From the NCBI GenBank assembly GCA_964583985.1, contig CAZOYD010000024.1, forward strand, positions 1-48,144: DNA of 48,144 bases, read 5' to 3'. This DNA is from an uncultured archaeon. GTDB taxonomy: Archaea > Asgardarchaeota > Lokiarchaeia > Sigyniarchaeales > SOKP01. Position 1 is the first letter of the stretch, and every line of letters begins with the position of its first letter. Below the pieces are notes generated by a model that had not been told where the DNA came from, searched no databases, and saw only the letters and a program-made list of their open reading frames with translations. Of this stretch, positions 1 through 10,275 are shown piece by piece. The position numbers were made by a program, and so were the translations under genes.

Positions 1-172
1 TCATGATTATTCATATAGTGAATTTAGTTAATTATACTGATGATTTAGTTCTTGAAATAATTGAACCGTATTTGAATCTTACTATAAATATAATTACTTA
101 CTCTAAATAAAAAGATATGCAAAATTTAGCTTGTGAATTGTTGGGATATTCAAAAAGATTTTGATGAGTATT

Positions 173-1270
173 CTAATAAATGCTTCTATCTCCAATAATT
201 AAATTATCCTTGCTAATGCTATCTATTGTCACGTTGCTTCCAATGATGGAATTATAAGATATTACCTTCATTAATGAAGTACGCTTCTCAATAACACAAT
301 TTCCCAATATGCAGTTTTCGATATGGCAATCACATCCAATAGATACATAAGGTCCAATTACGGAGTTGATGATTTGAGTGTTTTTGCCAATATGGACCGG
401 ATTTTTCAGATATGATTTATCGAAAATGATGTTTGATTTTTTAAAATCTTCTTTTTTAACGTTATGAGTCTCCAATAAAAAGCGGTTACCATTAAGTAAT
501 TCAACTGGTTTTCCAAAATCTAAAATTCCTTTCTTTAAATTTATTGCAGATAACACGAATCCCTCATCAATAATGTCTTGCAAGCTTTGAGTTAGGTATA
601 TCTCTTTTGAATCTTCGTTTCTTTGATCTAAATATACTTTTAGACGTCTGAAAAGAGCTTTCATCACCGAATTTGAAAAGATATAAAATCCACCAATTGC
701 TAAATTGGATACGTAATCCTTTGGTTTCTCTACCAATCTTATAATATTAGAGTGTTCATCTAACTCAACTACACCATATGAGCTGGCTTCTTCTTTTGGA
801 ACTTCCCAAACAGTAATAATTCCATCCACATCAGATTCATAATAACGATAGAGTAATAAAGAATATTCCTCAATGGGAATCATATCTGCGAGAAAGATCA
901 GAGCGCCTTCTCTCTTATCTTCTTCTTTTACTTCGAAGGTATCTTTTGTGAATAGCGAGTGTGTTAGATAGATAGATTCTCCCATCCCCCAAAAGAAAGG
1001 AATATCTTCTATATATCCGCGAGGTTGTTGTTCTATAAATGTGAGCTTGAATTTATCGCCATAATTTCTTTTTACGAATTCAGCCATTTGTTCTTTCTTA
1101 TATCCGACAATTAATATCAATTCCGCATTTTTTTCAAAGATATCGTTAAATCTATCAAGAATATGTTCTAAAACAGTTTTTCCTGCAACGTTTATAAATG
1201 CTTTTGGCTTGTTCAATGTAAAAGGGCGCAAACGAGAGCCAATACCTGCACAAGGACCGATTATTTTCAT
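173..1270 (-). CDS. Sugar-phosphate nucleotidyltransferase (glucose-1-phosphate thymidylyltransferase/GlmU-like) with C-terminal left-handed beta-helix
   Basis: N-terminal PCAGIGSRLRPFT..KPK motif, YGVV and LVEKP motifs, hexapeptide repeats (IGKNTQI/IGPYVSIG). Start moved from the track's 1327 to ATG 1270 (MKIIGP) because the family motif begins there. Confidence 0.85.
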   Translation of the reverse strand: MKIIGPCAGIGSRLRPFTLNKPKAFINVAGKTVLEHILDRFNDIFEKNAELILIVGYKKEQMAEFVKRNYGDKFKLTFIEQQPRGYIEDIPFFWGMGESIYLTHSLFTKDTFEVKEEDKREGALIFLADMIPIEEYSLLLYRYYESDVDGIITVWEVPKEEASSYGVVELDEHSNIIRLVEKPKDYVSNLAIGGFYIFSNSVMKALFRRLKVYLDQRNEDSKEIYLTQSLQDIIDEGFVLSAINLKKGILDFGKPVELLNGNRFLLETHNVKKEDFKKSNIIFDKSYLKNPVHIGKNTQIINSVIGPYVSIGCDCHIENCILGNCVIEKRTSLMKVISYNSIIGSNVTIDSISKDNLIIGDRSIY

Positions 1271-1323
1271 CTTTAGTAATTTCAGTAATTTTGGTAAATT
1301 AAATAATTTTTTGCGAAATTTTT

Positions 1324-2100
1324 TCAATAAAACTTTGACTTATCGTCATCAAAAATTCTTTGTAGATATGCAAATAATAACTCTATACCATTTTCTTCCT
1401 TAATTGATATAGGAATTAACTCTGAGGTAGATCCTAATTGAGTGAATACATCTGAAATAAGCATGGATAATTCTCTAATTAAGCCACTCTCTCTTTCATT
1501 GGTAGAATCCTCAAGAGCTTGAAAATCTTGACTCCAGTTAACTATCATGTCAATTTGATCCTCATCTATCAAATCTACTTTTGAAAGCACATTTATTTGT
1601 GATATATCACGAAATCTAAATTGAACTGAGGCAGCTAATAGAAGAGTGGAGATAAAACCGTTAGGTCGGAGGACGAAATTCGAATCGAACAAGAATGAAA
1701 CTGATTTTTGAATCGATCCAAATCCCAAAGAACTTGCAATTAATGGCCCAGTTTCTCGAAATGCAAATAATTCAAGCTGGCCTGCGGTATCAACAAATAC
1801 CCAATCTGGATTATAATCATCTATTTCATCTTTTAAATCATCCAAATAATTGACCATCAAATCTGAGGCTAATATCATTGCTCCATTTGGACCTAATTCA
1901 TACTTTTCCATCACTTCATCTAAAATAATATAATCCCGTATGTCTATATCTGGTACGTACGGTATTGATTTAGCTCCTGGGTCTAAATTTATCGTGATGG
2001 CAGTTATTTCAGGATCGCGATTAATAACATATTTTTTCATTCCCCCAGTTATCGTTGATTTTCCGCTTCCAGCAGTGCCAATAAAATAATTTAGTAACAT
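1324..2100 (-). CDS. GPN-loop GTPase
   Basis: P-loop GTAGSGKS, INLDPG, signature LGPNG, DTAGQLE, and SKVD as G4. Confidence 0.93.
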   Translation of the reverse strand: MLLNYFIGTAGSGKSTITGGMKKYVINRDPEITAITINLDPGAKSIPYVPDIDIRDYIILDEVMEKYELGPNGAMILASDLMVNYLDDLKDEIDDYNPDWVFVDTAGQLELFAFRETGPLIASSLGFGSIQKSVSFLFDSNFVLRPNGFISTLLLAASVQFRFRDISQINVLSKVDLIDEDQIDMIVNWSQDFQALEDSTNERESGLIRELSMLISDVFTQLGSTSELIPISIKEENGIELLFAYLQRIFDDDKSKFY

Positions 2101-2270
2101 AAGTTCCCTTCTTTTTTTATATATTTAAAATCTTAATTTGTAAATACTATTCCAATTCTATGATATCATAGATTATTATTAAAAATTGTCAATTTTTTAA
2201 ATTGAATATAAAAAATGGGAGGGTTTTGAGTTAAACTTTATCCATGAACTGTTTCCTATACGGAATGTAT

Positions 2271-3251
2271 TCACTCGGGTTTTCTTAAGTCTTCCAAAAC
2301 AAGATCTTTTTCTTGAGACCTTTTATATCTCTCAATTTGATTTTGAATTGCAATCTCTTCTTTTTTCAGCAATTCCTCTTCACTTAGCTTGATCTTGTTT
2401 AGTTCTTCTTCACTCATAGGTTTTAGGAGCTTTTGAATGTTAAAATCTGAATTTTCTTCAATATTTTTTTGAAATACGGATTTCATTTCTCTTATTACCA
2501 TAATTTTAGCAGAGGATTCTCCCATTAAAGAAGAAATCGATGGTGTGCTCTGAATCCGTTTAATCGGTGGACCAGAATTAGATCTGATGGGCGGTCCACT
2601 AGGTAAATAATTCGTTCCTGCATTTAATGACGCACTCTTCAAAACAGTAGTTAGATTTTTCAATTCATTCGCGATTACTTTAAGCGTGTCATTATTTTCT
2701 TGAATTAATAAGGATATAGAACCACCATCCAATACATTTTCAACTTGCTTTTTTTCAATAATCGTTGTCTTTTTTTCCTTATTATTTGCATAATCCTTTT
2801 GCACTTGACAGACGACTTTTTCATGAATAATTGTGCTTTTAAGTGTTCTTCTTGATCCTAGATCTTCAATCTGATAGCCCACATAACAATCTTCATTCAT
2901 CCAAATGTCTGCTAATTTGAACTTTTCTGAGAATTTATATTCAAATTTCTCTCCTGAAAATAGGAAGATTATTACTCTAAGCACTTTAATTTGAAGGTCA
3001 TTAATATTTGCAAAATCATCTAATTCTATAGCAAATGATAGACACTCATTGGAGTGATATATGCGTTTTATTGAAACAAGAAGGGGAGGCGGCCTAGATA
3101 AAATGTCTTGACCAATAATTTTAGAGATCTCTAACTGTATGTTAACGTATTTTATCCGTTCAGGAAGATATAAATCCTTTTCTTCGTCGTCCTTCTCAAA
3201 TTCTAAGAACAACTTTTTCTGATCGTCCCAAAGTATTTGGAACATTTCCAT
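2271..3251 (-). CDS. Hypothetical protein with Pro-rich linker and charged helical C-terminus
   Basis: 326-aa ORF; GPPIR/GPPIK repeat; no family recognised. Confidence 0.75.
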   Translation of the reverse strand: MEMFQILWDDQKKLFLEFEKDDEEKDLYLPERIKYVNIQLEISKIIGQDILSRPPPLLVSIKRIYHSNECLSFAIELDDFANINDLQIKVLRVIIFLFSGEKFEYKFSEKFKLADIWMNEDCYVGYQIEDLGSRRTLKSTIIHEKVVCQVQKDYANNKEKKTTIIEKKQVENVLDGGSISLLIQENNDTLKVIANELKNLTTVLKSASLNAGTNYLPSGPPIRSNSGPPIKRIQSTPSISSLMGESSAKIMVIREMKSVFQKNIEENSDFNIQKLLKPMSEEELNKIKLSEEELLKKEEIAIQNQIERYKRSQEKDLVLEDLRKPE

Positions 3252-3393
3252 TTTGAATTATGACCTTTTTATGCTCACTTAATAATTTGAAATTAGTATA
3301 TTGAAAAAAACTCTTTAATCTCTTTAAATAATTGTGAGTTTGGGGAATTATTGATTTTTAATGCAGAATTGATCCTAAAAATAAGAGATGTAA

Positions 3394-3801
3394 CTATTTT
3401 TTAGATAATTTTGAAAGCAAATATATGGGACGTTTTAATATAGAAGTAAAATATTCTATTTCTTCCTTGGATTGATCACCAATGTATCCATCGACATCTA
3501 AAACTAAAATTGCATCATGATGTTCTAACTTTTTAAGGGCAATTAGTTGTAATTTATCCCATTCTTTTTCTGAGAACTTATTTTTATGTAACAACCCATC
3601 CACAGAACAAATTCCTACTTGTTTACTATGAATAACTTGTAATATCGTTTCAAGTTTTATAAAGAGGTCTTTAAATCGAATTGATCCTACTAAAAATATT
3701 TTTTCTTCTTTAATACGAGAAAAATCAAGATTTCTAAAGGAGTTCAAGAACTTCTTATTTAATCGTTCTTTTTTCATAATAATATAATAACGCAACATCA
3801 T
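3394..3801 (-). CDS. Nucleoside 2-deoxyribosyltransferase-like (Rossmannoid) small protein
   Basis: KIFLVGS strand and DAILVLDVDGYIG..S..EIEY motif resembling NDT-like/DUF4406-type proteins. The start may be ATG 3777. Confidence 0.6.
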   Translation of the reverse strand: MMLRYYIIMKKERLNKKFLNSFRNLDFSRIKEEKIFLVGSIRFKDLFIKLETILQVIHSKQVGICSVDGLLHKNKFSEKEWDKLQLIALKKLEHHDAILVLDVDGYIGDQSKEEIEYFTSILKRPIYLLSKLSKK

Positions 3802-3815
3802 TATTTAATCACCAC

Positions 3816-4619
3816 ATGAAACTAAATGCGGTATATCTTGCGGAAAATCTGGAATTTTTAAAATCTATCAATTCCAATTTTATTGAATTAATATATATTG
3901 ATCCTCCATTTTATAGTGGAGTAGATTATAAGGAATTTTTGGATAAGTGGTTGTCATTAGAAGATTATTTGAAGTTCATGAAGGATAGAATTATTGAGAT
4001 GCATCGAGTTTTAAAAGAAAATGGAAGTTTCTACATGCATTGCGATGCAAATGCTATTTTTATTCTTAAGCCGCTATGTGATGAGGTATTTGGCAGAGAA
4101 TATTTCAGAAGAGAAATCATATGGAATGTAGGAAGCGTTTCTGGGTTCAAAAGTCAAGTTAAAGGTTGGGTACGTCAACATGATACAATTCTTTACTACA
4201 CGAAATCTGATAATTTTACCTTTAATAAACAATACGTCCCCTATCGCAAGGAATATGTTGAGAAAATGTTTCGATATAGTGATCCCGATGGAAGACCTTA
4301 TCGAAAACGGAGGAAGGGGAAGCAATATCTGGATGAAAACCCAGGAAGAATGGTAGGAGATGTATGGAACGATATATTTTCTTTTCAAACTACTACACGA
4401 TCAAAAGAATATACGGGATATCCTACACAAAAACCTGAAAAGTTACTGGAGAGAATAATTTTAGCCTCTTCCAATGAAAGTGATATTGTTGCGGATTTTT
4501 TTTGTGGTTCTGGAACAGCATTAGTAGTGGCAAAAAAATTGAATAGAAATTGGTTAGGAGTTGATAATAATTCAAATGCTATCGAATTGTCTAAGAAGCG
4601 CCTCTCAATTCCACTCTAA
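3816..4619 (+). CDS. Site-specific DNA methyltransferase (N6-adenine/N4-cytosine, beta class), apparently orphan
   Basis: Motif IV IYIDPPF precedes YPTQKP and motif I DFFCGSGT. Confidence 0.92.
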   Translation: MKLNAVYLAENLEFLKSINSNFIELIYIDPPFYSGVDYKEFLDKWLSLEDYLKFMKDRIIEMHRVLKENGSFYMHCDANAIFILKPLCDEVFGREYFRREIIWNVGSVSGFKSQVKGWVRQHDTILYYTKSDNFTFNKQYVPYRKEYVEKMFRYSDPDGRPYRKRRKGKQYLDENPGRMVGDVWNDIFSFQTTTRSKEYTGYPTQKPEKLLERIILASSNESDIVADFFCGSGTALVVAKKLNRNWLGVDNNSNAIELSKKRLSIPL

Positions 4620-4703
4620 ATTTATTTTTAAATTTGAGTTAAATCGTTCGGTTTAAAAATATTCATCTAGAATTATGAAATATATAGTTCAGATGGATAA
4701 ATT

Positions 4704-5987
4704 ATGGATAACGTTCAAACTAATTATCATTTCAAAAGCTACATTTCATTTTGGATTGGACAAATGTTCTCACTTTTAGGATCGATCATTGTTCAATTTA
4801 TAATAACATGGTGGCTAACTATAGAGACTCAGAGTGTGATTATATTAGCGGTATCATCTTGCCTATATTTTATTCCTCAAGTCATAATAATGCCATTTGC
4901 AGGAGTAATTGCTGATAATTGGAATCGAAAAAAGATAATCTTAATCGCAGATTCCAGCCAAGCAGGTTTAACATTTTTATTGATCCTATTTTTTGATTGT
5001 GAAGCTTTGAATAACTTGTTGGGCATCACCATAATTTTGAGTATTAATACCATGAGAGGCACATGTCAAGCCTTTCACTATCCAACCATTAATGCCATAA
5101 TCCCATCAATGGTTCCTAAAAACAAGCTTTCTCGGGTAAATGGCTTGACATCAACTTTTAATCAACTTATACAAATATTAGGACCCGCATTAGCTATTTT
5201 TCTTTTACCCCATTTCCTCATAAAACACATACTATGGATTGATATTTACACCTTTCTTATCGCTCTCGTCCCCTTAATCCTTGCTAAAATCCCTTCAGTA
5301 AGTAAAGAAGAAAAAAACAAAAAAACCAAGTTTTTCAATGAATTCAAGCAAGGTTTTCAAATAATTAAAGGAATACCTTTAATTTTTATCTTGATAATGT
5401 TGTTCATGTTTCTTAATTTTTTACTACAACCCATTAGTGTTTTACTCCCTTACTTTATTAACATCACGCATAAAGGAAATGTATTTGATTATGCGTTTAT
5501 AATGATGCTCTTTAATATCGGGTTTTTTCTAGGAGGGGTTGTAATGTCTATCAAGAAAAAATGGAACAATAACATAAAAACTATCTTTCTTGGAATCTTG
5601 TTAGTAGTTTTAGGCTATTTTTTATTGAGCATGAGTCCATTTCAATCTTTCTTATACATGGGAATTGTATTTTCTTTAATGGGTTTTAACTTACCAATCA
5701 CTAATGCTTTATTTCAAACGATTTTACAAACAAAAGTACCAAGAGAAAAAATCGGGAGAGTTTTTTCGATTTATGTTGCTTTATCGTGGTTAATCAGTCC
5801 AATAGGCAAGATTTTAACAGGTGTACTTGCCGAAATAATTACAATCACCAGTTTATTTTTATTTTGTTCTATAATCGGATTTCTCATAACAATTTTCTTT
5901 TATTATCTTACAAAGCAGGCCACAGTTAACAAAAAGGACCATCTTGCTATTGTTCTAACTCAAAATTCCCTTGAAACAAGCACCTGA
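4704..5987 (+). CDS. MFS transporter (DHA3/MefA-like efflux family)
   Basis: About 12 hydrophobic segments; FWIGQ.FS.LGS, GVIAD.WNRK (motif A), Q.KVP.E.IGRV. Confidence 0.88.
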   Translation: MDNVQTNYHFKSYISFWIGQMFSLLGSIIVQFIITWWLTIETQSVIILAVSSCLYFIPQVIIMPFAGVIADNWNRKKIILIADSSQAGLTFLLILFFDCEALNNLLGITIILSINTMRGTCQAFHYPTINAIIPSMVPKNKLSRVNGLTSTFNQLIQILGPALAIFLLPHFLIKHILWIDIYTFLIALVPLILAKIPSVSKEEKNKKTKFFNEFKQGFQIIKGIPLIFILIMLFMFLNFLLQPISVLLPYFINITHKGNVFDYAFIMMLFNIGFFLGGVVMSIKKKWNNNIKTIFLGILLVVLGYFLLSMSPFQSFLYMGIVFSLMGFNLPITNALFQTILQTKVPREKIGRVFSIYVALSWLISPIGKILTGVLAEIITITSLFLFCSIIGFLITIFFYYLTKQATVNKKDHLAIVLTQNSLETST

Positions 5988-6085
5988 TGAAGAAATATGC
6001 CGTTAAAGGATAGAAAATTACTCATGTTGTTGTAAAATCTAATCGATTGAGAGATATTCAATTAACAAAAAAAAAGGAAAAAAAA

Positions 6086-6805
6086 TTAATCATGGGGAGA
6101 AATTTTGTAATTAATGAATATCAAAAGAAAAAATACTAATCCAGGCGGGATAAAAATAATTGTGAAAATTCCTGTAATCTCATGAATTCTATAAAACAAT
6201 TCAATCATTAGTACCCCGATATTCACAATGAATGCTCCCGTTAATGCCATTATATAATTGCCTCCTTCGAAGATCTTCCATGTAGTAAAACCATAAACCA
6301 TAAGACCACCCGCGATTAAAATGAATCCCCATATAGGTATTTGGTTTGAACCGAAAAAATCAGGAATTCTGATTGCTGCTTCAACCATGAAGAAAAAGAA
6401 TGATCCTGATGTTAGCATAAAAGAAAGGTTAAGTGCTTTTTTATTATCAAGTTCATCCTTATTATAGATAAAGGCGACCACCATTAATAGCAAGAATGAA
6501 ACAGAGGGAATAATTACATAATAACTAATCCAAGTACCCAAAAATGGAAATATTGTATTAAAATAAAATAATACGAATATTTCTCCAATGACAATTAAAG
6601 TACTTCCGATTAATTCTACTTTAAAGCCTTCAACAAGATATAATCCTGTTATGTAGGTAACGATACCTGCTGCGATAATGTAAGTTCCATAAACCCAAGA
6701 ACTCTCCGGTGTCAATGGAAAAACGATAATTATATTTATTAAGACAGCTATAAATATAACGATATTTATTAAGCCAGAAATTATTAAAACTTTTTTTTTA
6801 TCCAT
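6086..6805 (-). CDS. Polytopic membrane protein of unknown function
   Basis: About 8 hydrophobic segments. Confidence 0.75.
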   Translation of the reverse strand: MDKKKVLIISGLINIVIFIAVLINIIIVFPLTPESSWVYGTYIIAAGIVTYITGLYLVEGFKVELIGSTLIVIGEIFVLFYFNTIFPFLGTWISYYVIIPSVSFLLLMVVAFIYNKDELDNKKALNLSFMLTSGSFFFFMVEAAIRIPDFFGSNQIPIWGFILIAGGLMVYGFTTWKIFEGGNYIMALTGAFIVNIGVLMIELFYRIHEITGIFTIIFIPPGLVFFLLIFINYKISPHD

Positions 6806-6860
6806 TTTTCATCTTATCTCTTTATTTAATTAATTATATTAAATAAACATAAGAAAATAA

Positions 6861-7508
6861 TTATGCCATTGGTCTTATTTTTTCTCTTTCATCAAGTTTT
6901 ACAGAAAGCTCTTTCTTTAAATTGGCTAATTCTGTCTCTTTATCTTTAATTTTTGTTTCTCTATCCATAAGGGCTTTTTTGGCTTTATTTAATGCTTTTT
7001 CTTGTCTCATATATGTTTGCTCTGATAAAGATATTTTTTCAGGAGGTTCTTGAGACTTGGCACTTTTAACATACGCAAGTTGTTTTTTACCTAATAGCTC
7101 TCGTTCTTTAGCTAAAGTAAAATTATCTTTTGAATGTTTAAATTTCTCTTCTGATATTTCTTTCTCTACATGAGCAATTCTTTTGTGGATATCGGCAAGC
7201 TGTATCTGTGAATTTGCTAGTTTATCATTATAATTAGCGGCATTCATCTCAGCTTTCAGATCTGTTTCAGAATAATTTACTAAGTTCATGATATCATATT
7301 TTTTTTCAACTAGTTTTTTCATCTTTTCTGCTAATTCCTTTTTTGTACCAGTAACGTCATAATCAGCCTTTACTAATCCTTCTCGTGCTTTAGATCTTTT
7401 CAACTCTAATTTAGCAATTTTTTTCGTATCTAAAGAGATTTCTTTTTCTTTTTCTGCCACTTTTAGATTTTCATTACCAATTTTTTCAATATTTTCTATT
7501 TTTTCCAT
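6861..7508 (-). CDS. Coiled-coil protein
   Basis: K/E-rich heptad pattern over almost the whole 215 aa. Confidence 0.75.
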   Translation of the reverse strand: MEKIENIEKIGNENLKVAEKEKEISLDTKKIAKLELKRSKAREGLVKADYDVTGTKKELAEKMKKLVEKKYDIMNLVNYSETDLKAEMNAANYNDKLANSQIQLADIHKRIAHVEKEISEEKFKHSKDNFTLAKERELLGKKQLAYVKSAKSQEPPEKISLSEQTYMRQEKALNKAKKALMDRETKIKDKETELANLKKELSVKLDEREKIRPMA

Positions 7509-7703
7509 AAATCGTCCCTTTGATTCATTTGATTGATTTTTATAATATTTTTTTTTGCATACATATTTTTTTTATAAAATTTATTAGAATAATTGATTTT
7601 ATGAAAACAAAATATTTAAATGTTTTCAATTGATAACAAATATATATAATGATATCTTTCTGATATTGAGATTTTTAAATTCTATTATTTAAAAGGGATT
7701 TTC

Positions 7704-8267
7704 TTGAAAAATACTAAAAACAACTTCTTAGGGTTTAGACTTCCTGAAAACTTAATAGAAAAATTAGATTCGATTTCTGAACAGAAAGCTAAATCACGGG
7801 GCTTAATCGCAAAGAATGCTATTGAACAATGGATAAACCATGAGATGTTCAATCAAACAAACCAAATGATGATAATTCCAAAAGCGTTATTATGTGAAAT
7901 TTTTAAAAATTACAATTCTGAGGATGACTTCCAACTATTAATTAAAGGAACAGTTGATTTGATCGCAGATATCATGAAATTTGTTTTGAGTGAACCCATG
8001 AACCAAGCAAATCTCGATGATTATATAAAGTATTCAATATATCTCTTTGGAAGTAATGGATTCAATTGGTTTAATTCCATTGATATTAATTCTAATGAAA
8101 AATCTTTTACGTTAATAGCGTTACATGATCTAAATGAAAATTTTTCAATTTTCTTTAAATCATTCTATAAATACCTACTTAAGGAACACTTTAATTATGA
8201 GTTTGTTATAAATCTTGAAGAAACTACCTCTAATTTAATTCACTTAGATTTTACCTTAAAAAAGTAA
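7704..8267 (+). CDS. Ribbon-helix-helix (CopG-like) regulator with C-terminal domain of unknown function
   Basis: FLGFRLPENLIEKLDSIS...SRGLIAKNAIEQWI fits the RHH pattern. Confidence 0.7.
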   Translation: MKNTKNNFLGFRLPENLIEKLDSISEQKAKSRGLIAKNAIEQWINHEMFNQTNQMMIIPKALLCEIFKNYNSEDDFQLLIKGTVDLIADIMKFVLSEPMNQANLDDYIKYSIYLFGSNGFNWFNSIDINSNEKSFTLIALHDLNENFSIFFKSFYKYLLKEHFNYEFVINLEETTSNLIHLDFTLKK

Positions 8268-8430
8268 AATTGGAAAATGCCAAAATTAGTTAAAGATTCA
8301 ACAAAAAATTCAAAGTGATCCAGTTAAATCTTTCCGATTTATAAATATAGAATGGTTTCTAGTAATAAATAATAAATAAAATATGTAAATAGATAAACTA
8401 ATAGATATAATAATTGCTTAGTGTGTGTAA

Positions 8431-9057
8431 TTGAGATTAGAAGAAATTTCAGATGCATTGACAAAATTAGAGGAAGATAAAGTATTACTATATGTGAAAG
8501 AAAAAATTGATGCTAATGAAGATCCCATTAAGATTTTAGAAGCCTGTAGAAAAGGAATGTCTGAGATTGGAAAAGGAGAGGATGAGATCTTTTTAACAGA
8601 TTTAATTATGGCGGGGGAGATTTTCAATGAAGCTCTAGAATTATTAATGCCAAAATTAAAAAATAGTACAACTAAAAGTATAGGAAAGATTGTTATCGGA
8701 ACAGTTGAAGGGGATATACATAATATAGGAAAAGATATTGCTATTAAATTTTTAAAAGCAGAAGGATTTGAGGTTATTGATTTAGGTGTAAATGTTCCCG
8801 CTCAAAAATTTGTTGATGCAATAAAAGAATATAATCCTCATGTAGTAGGCATGAGTGGATTACTTACATTATCAATCAACCCAATGAAAAAGAGTATTGA
8901 GACTATAACTGCTGCTAATTTAAGAGATAAAGTAAAAATAATTATTGGTGGAGAAAGAGCAGATGAAAAAGTTTGTACCTACGTTGGTGCAGATGCCTGG
9001 GTCAATGATGTTATTGAAGGTATAAAAATAATTAAAAAATGGGTAGTAAGTGCCTAA
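8431..9057 (+). CDS. Corrinoid (B12-binding) methyltransferase protein, MtaC/MtbC-like, copy 1
   Basis: Cap domain plus GDIHNIG (DxHxxG), SGLLT and IGG motifs; TTG start. Confidence 0.93.
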   Translation: MRLEEISDALTKLEEDKVLLYVKEKIDANEDPIKILEACRKGMSEIGKGEDEIFLTDLIMAGEIFNEALELLMPKLKNSTTKSIGKIVIGTVEGDIHNIGKDIAIKFLKAEGFEVIDLGVNVPAQKFVDAIKEYNPHVVGMSGLLTLSINPMKKSIETITAANLRDKVKIIIGGERADEKVCTYVGADAWVNDVIEGIKIIKKWVVSA

Positions 9058-9066
9058 ATCATACAC

Positions 9067-9423
9067 TTATTTTTGTCTATTTCTGAGATTATTTGGACAC
9101 TCGTCACACTTACCATCAAAATTACACTTCATTGATGATATTTCTAATATAGAATTGAGAGCTTTTTGATAAGACTTGTATTTAGTCTTATCTACATAGT
9201 AAAAAATTCGATTATGTTCTTTGTCTGATTTTATAAGATTAAGTTCCTTCAAAATATTAATATGTTGCGTAATAGCTGGTTGAGAAATCCCTATTTTTTC
9301 AGCTAAATCAATTACCTTAAGTTTATCCTCATTATTAAACATCAATAATCTCAAAAGTTTAAGTCTTGTAGGATCCCTAAGAGCCTTAAATAATAGAGGT
9401 AGATCTCCGAGAACAATTCTCAT
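9067..9423 (-). CDS. ArsR/SmtB-family transcriptional repressor with Cys-rich C-terminal tail
   Basis: FKALRDPTRLKLL...ISQPAITQHI..L; tail CNFDGKCDECP. Confidence 0.9.
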   Translation of the reverse strand: MRIVLGDLPLLFKALRDPTRLKLLRLLMFNNEDKLKVIDLAEKIGISQPAITQHINILKELNLIKSDKEHNRIFYYVDKTKYKSYQKALNSILEISSMKCNFDGKCDECPNNLRNRQK

Positions 9424-9456
9424 AAATTATTAAACAACATTAATTTTATTAAATAA

Positions 9457-9474
9457 TATAAGTAGCCACTAATA
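9457..9474. promoter_or_regulatory. Candidate ArsR operator (autoregulatory), TATAAGT-AGCC-ACTAATA
   Basis: One-mismatch copy of the 7-4-7 palindrome found twice at 9585-9618. It lies just upstream of a minus-strand TATA-like TTTAATAA (9453-9446) for the ArsR gene. Confidence 0.65.
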
Positions 9475-9584
9475 TTAGTATTTCGGAATATCCAGAATAG
9501 TCCAGACTAATTAGGTTACTTCTTTTGTAAAAGTGTTAATAAATAAAAAAGATAAGATTTAAATTAATAATTATCATAATTTTT

Positions 9585-9618
9585 TATAAGTAATCACTTA
9601 TATAAGTCGATACTTATA
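9585..9618. promoter_or_regulatory. Tandem candidate ArsR operators TATAAGT-N4-ACTTATA (two copies)
   Basis: Perfect palindromes at 9585-9602 and 9601-9618, between a TATA-like TTTAAATT (9558-9565) and ATG 9642. Confidence 0.75.
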
Positions 9619-9641
9619 CAATAATAAACAAGTGAAATTAA

Positions 9642-10271
9642 ATGAGTTTTGAAGCAATAACAAACGCAATTAAAGAATTAGAAGAAGAAAAGGTTCTTAA
9701 ATTAGTAAAAGAACAGCTCGATAAAGGTGAAGATCCTATTAAAATTTTAGATGCGTGCCGGAAAGGTATGACTGAAATTGGAAATAGTTCTGGTGATACA
9801 GTTTTTTTAACTGATCTCATAATGGCCGGGGAAATTTTCAATGAAGTAATGGAAATTTTATTGCCAAAATTGGTTAAAGATTCAACAAAAAGTTTGGGGA
9901 AAGTTGTAATAGGAACTGTTGAAGGCGATATTCACAATATCGGCAAAGATATTACCATAAATTTCTTAAAAGCTGAAGGATTTAACGTTATTGATTTAGG
10001 TGTAGATGTACCTCCTCAGAAATTCGTTGATGCAATTAAAGAACATAATCCCCCTGTTGTAGGCATGAGTGGATTGCTTACATTATCAATAGAACCAATG
10101 AAAAAAGCGGTAGAAGCGATTACTTCTGCAAATCTGAGAGATAAAGTAAAAGTAATTATCGGAGGAGAAAGGACGGATCAGGGAGTATGTGATTATGTAG
10201 GAGCGGACGCTTGGGTTAATGATGCAATAGATGGTGTAAAAATAATTAAAAAGTGGGTAGGAGGTGCCTAA
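9642..10271 (+). CDS. Corrinoid (B12-binding) methyltransferase protein, copy 2
   Basis: GDIHNIG motif; colinear close paralog of 8431-9057. Confidence 0.94.
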   Translation: MSFEAITNAIKELEEEKVLKLVKEQLDKGEDPIKILDACRKGMTEIGNSSGDTVFLTDLIMAGEIFNEVMEILLPKLVKDSTKSLGKVVIGTVEGDIHNIGKDITINFLKAEGFNVIDLGVDVPPQKFVDAIKEHNPPVVGMSGLLTLSIEPMKKAVEAITSANLRDKVKVIIGGERTDQGVCDYVGADAWVNDAIDGVKIIKKWVGGA

Positions 10272-10275
10272 AATT

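Noticed and set aside
7631-7667. Three TGATA boxes upstream of the RHH gene, and the palindrome TGGAA-N4-TTCCA at 12187-12200
   Set aside because: Too short to distinguish from chance in AT-rich DNA without comparative data.
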